A stretch of 64,000 nucleotides of DNA from Promethearchaeota archaeon. Lineage in GTDB: Archaea; Asgardarchaeota; Heimdallarchaeia; Hodarchaeales; Hodarchaeaceae. The notes beneath the pieces were generated by a model. The model saw only the letters and a program-made list of their open reading frames with translations. It was not told the origin of the DNA and made no database searches. The position numbers and the translations under genes are program-made. The stretch lies in assembly GCA_048938105.1 (NCBI GenBank), contig JBHLMN010000004.1, forward strand, positions 32,001-96,000. The letters are read 5' to 3'. Positions 59,190-64,000 of the stretch are shown here, in pieces; the stretch's first letter is position 1; the number at the start of each line of letters is the position of its first letter.

Positions 59190-60851
59190 ATGAATATTAT
59201 TCAGGGATTCTCTGCCACCTCATCAGGTATTCAGCTGAATGTCACAAATATTCTCAAACACGGGGCAAGGAGCTTTGGTAGACAAGAAATTGTTAGTAGG
59301 AGACAAGATGGAACTATATTTCGTTATACTTACAAAGACGCTTACACTCGTGTAAAGCGTTTGGCTAGTTCTTTAAGTTTTTTGGATATAACAATTGGAG
59401 ATAAGATTGGGGTTCTTGCTTGGAATACCTATCGCCACTTTGAGCTATATTATGGGCTTTCTGGTACTGGAGCAGTAATGCTTCTTCTGAATCTACGTCT
59501 TGCTCCTCAAGAATTGAGCTATATCGTGAACCATGCTAAGGCAAGATTCATCTTTGTAGATGAAAACCTTCTAGATGTAGCAGAATCGATTGCTCCCTTG
59601 TGTAAGACAGTCAAAGCGTATGTTATTATATCAGATAAACCGTTGAGTGATGTTCCTACATCTCTTACTCCAATATATAGTTATGAAGAGATGTTAAATG
59701 AAACAAATCCAGAGTTTGAATGGCCCAACATTGCTGAGACCTCAGCTCATTCAGCTTGTTACACCAGTGGGACAACTGGTAAACCTAAAGGAGTCTATTA
59801 TTCTCATCGTGATGTTTATCTTCAAGCAATGATGTATGCCGTTAATGCTTCGATTTCAATAAATGATTGCCTACTCCAAATTGTTCCAATGTTTCATGTT
59901 CTAGGTTGGGGTTCTCCTTACGCAGCGACACTAGTAGGAGCTAAACTCGTTTTTCCTGGCAAATACCATTTAACTGACCTAGGGGATCTCATAAAGATTC
60001 TAGTTGAGGAAAAAGTGACGATTTCAAATGGGGCTCCTGCTGTCTTAATGCCAATGTTAGAACACATCCGAAAAATGGATCCAAAACCCAATCTGACAAA
60101 AACACGGTTTATTTCGGGGGCCTCGGAACCTCCTATCTCTATGATAAGGGATTTTCAGAAGTTGACTGGGGCAGAAATTGTCCATTCCTATGGTTCAACT
60201 GAAGCGCATGCAATCGTAACATTGAACCGAGTCATTCCTGCATTAAAGAAAGAGCTCTCCGAGGAAGAAAGTTGGGATCTAAAAAGAAAACAGGGATATA
60301 TTGTTGTTGGACTTGACATTAAAATTATAGATGAAAATGGCAAGGAACTTCCTCATGATGGCAAATCAGCTGGAGAAATACTTATCCGAGGCCCTTGGGT
60401 TTCAGGGAGTTATTATAACAACCCTGGTTCTGAAATTCAGTTTAATAATGATGGTTATTTTAAGAGTGGAGATGTCGGAACGATTGATTCTGAGGGATTT
60501 TTGAAGATTACAGATCGCCTCAAAGATCTTATTAAGAGCGGTGGAGAATGGATCTCTTCAGTGGATATGGAGAATGCAATTGTCTCTCATCCTGCCGTTA
60601 TTGAAGCAGCAGTCGTTGGATGTCCTCATCCTGAGTGGCAAGAACGGCCTTTAGCTTTAGTAGTCTTAAGAGACGAATTCAGAACAAAAGTAACTAAGGA
60701 TGAGATTAAAAAACATCTTGCTGAAAAATTTGCTAAGTGGCAGCTCCCTGATGAGATTCTTTTTGTGACTAGAATACTAAAAACAAGTGTAGGGAAGATA
60801 GACAAGAAAACTATTCGAATGCAATATAATAACATCTATACAAGTACTTAA
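59190..60851 (+). CDS. Medium-chain acyl-CoA ligase (AlkK/DmdB-like; start probably ATG 59190)
   Basis: [57 protein letters not shown]. Confidence 0.9.
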   Translation: MNIIQGFSATSSGIQLNVTNILKHGARSFGRQEIVSRRQDGTIFRYTYKDAYTRVKRLASSLSFLDITIGDKIGVLAWNTYRHFELYYGLSGTGAVMLLLNLRLAPQELSYIVNHAKARFIFVDENLLDVAESIAPLCKTVKAYVIISDKPLSDVPTSLTPIYSYEEMLNETNPEFEWPNIAETSAHSACYTSGTTGKPKGVYYSHRDVYLQAMMYAVNASISINDCLLQIVPMFHVLGWGSPYAATLVGAKLVFPGKYHLTDLGDLIKILVEEKVTISNGAPAVLMPMLEHIRKMDPKPNLTKTRFISGASEPPISMIRDFQKLTGAEIVHSYGSTEAHAIVTLNRVIPALKKELSEEESWDLKRKQGYIVVGLDIKIIDENGKELPHDGKSAGEILIRGPWVSGSYYNNPGSEIQFNNDGYFKSGDVGTIDSEGFLKITDRLKDLIKSGGEWISSVDMENAIVSHPAVIEAAVVGCPHPEWQERPLALVVLRDEFRTKVTKDEIKKHLAEKFAKWQLPDEILFVTRILKTSVGKIDKKTIRMQYNNIYTST

Positions 60852-60865
60852 ATAGGCCAATAAAA

Positions 60866-61270
60866 TTAGATTTCAATTCGTAGTACCTTCTTGACTTCTT
60901 CCCAGTACCATTCCCGTTTATAAATGGGATAAATTTGTTGTAGTTCAGATATTTCTTCTTTTATTGCCTTTGTTATTTGATAATTTTTATGAATTGAACA
61001 TTCATCATGGATAAAGGGCTTTCCAGTTATAAAAATCGGATAATATTTACAGTAAAGGGGTTTAGTTTGGTGAATTACGCATTGATTATTGTGAAAATAA
61101 GGACATCCTTGAGTTGTGTAGTATATCCCACCATCCTTCACTTGTTTGAATCTTTCTGAATAGTTTTTGAAAAGATAGACTTCATCAGGATTGAGAATAA
61201 TATAAACATCGATGCAGCAATCATTACCATCTCTTCCTATACAATTACGACAAAGATTTTCTTTACTCAT
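60866..61270 (-). CDS. YkgJ-family cysteine-cluster protein (start probably ATG 61270)
   Basis: CRNC.....DCC, CPY....CVIH..KP..CKYYP. Confidence 0.8.
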   Translation of the reverse strand: MSKENLCRNCIGRDGNDCCIDVYIILNPDEVYLFKNYSERFKQVKDGGIYYTTQGCPYFHNNQCVIHQTKPLYCKYYPIFITGKPFIHDECSIHKNYQITKAIKEEISELQQIYPIYKREWYWEEVKKVLRIEI

Positions 61271-61298
61271 AAGAATTCCCAATTTTTTGTGTGGGCCA

Positions 61299-64000
61299 CT
61301 AGAATTTACTTCGTATTCCATCAATTAACAATTTAAACAAATGACTAATTTTGAGGTTCACATCATCACGTTCCTTTTCTTCAGGATGTTTCTCTTCCTG
61401 ATTGGCCATGTCTACCCATTCAAGATAAGACTTATCTAAAATCTCCTCAATACCGTATTCTTTTATGATTTTTTCCGTCTTTGGATATAATTGAGAATGA
61501 TTGCCATATAATTTCCCTGTCTGATTATTTTGAAAGAGAATCAAGGCGGGAAATGAAAAATGATTTGCTAAAGATTGGATGAAATTTGATGGTTTATCAC
61601 CCATGTAAGGTACAATTATGAGTTCGAATCTAATAGTTTTTCCCGAAAATGTAGGTGCAGTTGACTTAAATGTGCTTGAATAGGTTGGGATAATTTGTTG
61701 AGCGTGACCTGTCCCATGAGTCCAATGGTGTAGCATTTTCCCATAATATGTTCCGAAAGGGTTTATCCTAATCTGTTGGCCATTCTGATTTAAGTCTCCA
61801 AATCCCTTGGCTCGGATTTTTATCGGAGCGAAAGCGAAATTTGCAGCCTTTAGTGAGTTAAATGCAATTAATAACCCCTGATCCCGATTTGAAACAGCCA
61901 TCCATCCATCAGAGATATTTGATACAAAGCAATCTATATCTGCATTCTTTGGGTCGACTTCAACCATATCTAAGTCAAAATAAGTAGTATGGCCGAAAAA
62001 GTTATGTTTCCAGATTCTTAAATGAGTGTCATTTTTACCAATAATATTTGGTCTAATTTCACAAGGAATAATCTCTTGCCAGCGATCATCAAATTCTGTT
62101 TTCACTCCAAAAATATTACTATCACTAGTGGTAGTACCAAAAATATTAGGAATCGTCATATAAACTTTAAGAAGGACTTTTGGAATGTTCGCATATACAG
62201 TTAATTCTTTTTCTGCCTTCACTTCTAATCCATTAATTATTTTAAATAAGCTAACAATTTTTACAGAAGCAAAGAAATTATTACTCCCATCATGTAAAAT
62301 TTTAATCTCATCAGATGCAGATTTGTACTTTAATAATCGTTTCGGTTTACCAAAAACTATTGCTGACTCTAAAAATTTTTTAGAACTGAATTCCTTTCCC
62401 TCAAAGATGAAAGTATTAATTTTTCCATTATCATCGAATTCTAATTTGACATATTTATTTTTTAGAATACGCTTAGACGCAAATAAATCCCTATCTATTC
62501 GTGGGATTGTTTCTTTTTCTCGATTAAAAAGAAGTTTTAATTTGATATATCCTGATTTATTAAAAGAAGAGGTTGGTATAATCGCTTCAAAGAGATCTGT
62601 CTCACGATTGTTTTCTTTATTGACATTAAATGGTATTTCTTGGGGATTTATTTTCTTTATTCCCTTAAATTCCTTTGGTAATTCCGTTCTAATTAATATC
62701 GGAGAATTAACTAATTTTTCTTCCTTTCTTGTTATCCCTCGGGTTTTAATAGGGAGGATATACATATTAAAAGCATCATCAGTAGAATTCCACGTGGAAT
62801 TCAGGGCTTCACTTAATGCTAAGTTAAAAGACTTTTTTGCTAATTTGAAAGAGTCAATCGCGTATTTTAAAGCGGTTTTTTGGCGATGAGGATGTTGAAA
62901 TGGCATTGACATTCCAAAATGTGTCGTGGATGAGAAAAGTATCTTATTTTTCATGTGAGAATTAACTGAATCATTATCATTCCGAAGATAGTTATTTATT
63001 TGAGAAAGATTCGATTGAGTTATTTTTTGGGAGATTAATGTGTCAGTAACACATTTTAACCAGCGAGAATGTTGTCCAATAGTCCAAAATTTAGTGTTAT
63101 TATATTTTTGTGCCCAATTGTAATAACCACACCAACATCCATCTGCTAAATCTTGTCTAATTGTACAAGATCCATGAACTTTGAGTTTTGGTATAATTTC
63201 TAACAGATTCACCAATTTGACGTATTCTAACTTATCCACTGCTTTAATTATTTCTCGAATTCCTCCAGTATTAGGCATCCACTTCATAAAACGTGGGACG
63301 GCAGTTCCCTTCCACGCAGGACTATCCATATCATGGTTCAACACAACCAGAGCATGACCTTCAATGTTCCCTGTTTTCTGTTTTCTACGTATGAATTTAA
63401 ACCATTTCTCAATAGATAGATGATCAATAATATCCCCGAAACCATACATAGGAATCATAATACAACTAGCATCAGAGATAGTTGATAAGAAATTAACTAA
63501 ACCATAACATTGGTTCCAATCTAATCTAGGATTAATTAGGGGGCGTGCTGTGTCAAAAGGAATAACTGCATAATAGTTGAGGATACCTTTGATCCCAACT
63601 TGCTTAAAAAGTTCTATCATACCGTGGGTAAACATTGTTTCTTGTACGCGAATATAAGGGGCAATTCTACCTGGAAATAATTGTTTTAAACCTATTCCCA
63701 TTGAATTCTCAATGTTCCAAGTGCATTGTAGGAGAAATTCCTCTGTATCTAAAACTGAAAGAGCGTTATTCCCCCAACTTCCGATGATAACTTCATCTCT
63801 ACCTTGTTTCACACGTTCTATTACTTGATCTAGAATATCTGGTTGGTATTTTTGTTGGAGTTGGATCGACCAATATAAATCACTATAATCCCAAGAAATC
63901 CTAATCTTTCCATCACAAAATCCTTCGTCCTCACATTTAACAATTGTGTCCATAATCTCTCGCATTATTTTTAGATCTAGTCCAAAACCATCTGTACCTA
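61299..64000 (-). CDS. Large hypothetical protein, possibly GH38/GH57-like glycoside hydrolase; N-terminus lies beyond the window
   Basis: Frame stays open to the window edge (GTDGFGLDLKIMR...). N-terminal barrel-like motifs SWD, WGNN, QETM, NHDMD; beta-rich C-terminal half (LKNKYVKLEFD..G.I). Confidence 0.45.
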   Translation of the reverse strand, partial: GTDGFGLDLKIMREIMDTIVKCEDEGFCDGKIRISWDYSDLYWSIQLQQKYQPDILDQVIERVKQGRDEVIIGSWGNNALSVLDTEEFLLQCTWNIENSMGIGLKQLFPGRIAPYIRVQETMFTHGMIELFKQVGIKGILNYYAVIPFDTARPLINPRLDWNQCYGLVNFLSTISDASCIMIPMYGFGDIIDHLSIEKWFKFIRRKQKTGNIEGHALVVLNHDMDSPAWKGTAVPRFMKWMPNTGGIREIIKAVDKLEYVKLVNLLEIIPKLKVHGSCTIRQDLADGCWCGYYNWAQKYNNTKFWTIGQHSRWLKCVTDTLISQKITQSNLSQINNYLRNDNDSVNSHMKNKILFSSTTHFGMSMPFQHPHRQKTALKYAIDSFKLAKKSFNLALSEALNSTWNSTDDAFNMYILPIKTRGITRKEEKLVNSPILIRTELPKEFKGIKKINPQEIPFNVNKENNRETDLFEAIIPTSSFNKSGYIKLKLLFNREKETIPRIDRDLFASKRILKNKYVKLEFDDNGKINTFIFEGKEFSSKKFLESAIVFGKPKRLLKYKSASDEIKILHDGSNNFFASVKIVSLFKIINGLEVKAEKELTVYANIPKVLLKVYMTIPNIFGTTTSDSNIFGVKTEFDDRWQEIIPCEIRPNIIGKNDTHLRIWKHNFFGHTTYFDLDMVEVDPKNADIDCFVSNISDGWMAVSNRDQGLLIAFNSLKAANFAFAPIKIRAKGFGDLNQNGQQIRINPFGTYYGKMLHHWTHGTGHAQQIIPTYSSTFKSTAPTFSGKTIRFELIIVPYMGDKPSNFIQSLANHFSFPALILFQNNQTGKLYGNHSQLYPKTEKIIKEYGIEEILDKSYLEWVDMANQEEKHPEEKERDDVNLKISHLFKLLIDGIRSKF

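Noticed and set aside
1482-60835. Numerous 60-120 aa ORFs nested in or antisense to long genes
   Set aside because: They overlap well-supported CDSs and lack RBS or motif support.
62185-62889. 234-aa plus-strand ORF
   Set aside because: Lies entirely antisense to a long gene; composition typical of a shadow ORF; no motifs.

Overview
An AT-rich, gene-dense archaeal chromosomal segment with about 48 real CDSs and no tRNA, rRNA, CRISPR array or transposase that I can see. The Rag/Gtr-like GTPase-roadblock fusion, PGF-like C-terminal sorting tails, type II Map, alpha2-type GlyRS and CheC/CheD point to an Asgard archaeon, probably Heimdallarchaeia (inference). Contents in order: two giant Ig-repeat surface proteins and a decayed surface-protein gene (1-8.2 kb); tusA-iscU-iscS, speB, glyS, a sarcosine/proline-oxidase-like pair, a Rag-like GTPase, an OLD-family nuclease, a HEAT protein and map (8-28 kb); amino-acid and fatty-acid catabolic genes, cheCD and two circularly permuted family-5 solute-binding proteins (28-43 kb); GH3/GH36 glycosidases, two small zinc-finger genes and two strongly base-paired non-coding regions (43-52 kb). 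Best candidate for an undescribed system: a PLP aminotransferase, ATP-grasp ligase, argininosuccinate-lyase-like protein and ComA, with a convergent Fe-S APS-reductase-family gene (52.2-57.6 kb). It resembles the front half of the bacterial xcb coenzyme M pathway but has an amide ligase instead of the downstream enzymes, suggesting a new organosulfonate pathway. Several enzymes (IscS, CheC, the OLD ATPase, the Rag-like GTPase) have lost canonical catalytic residues. All calls come from reading motifs by eye; no database search or folding program was run.
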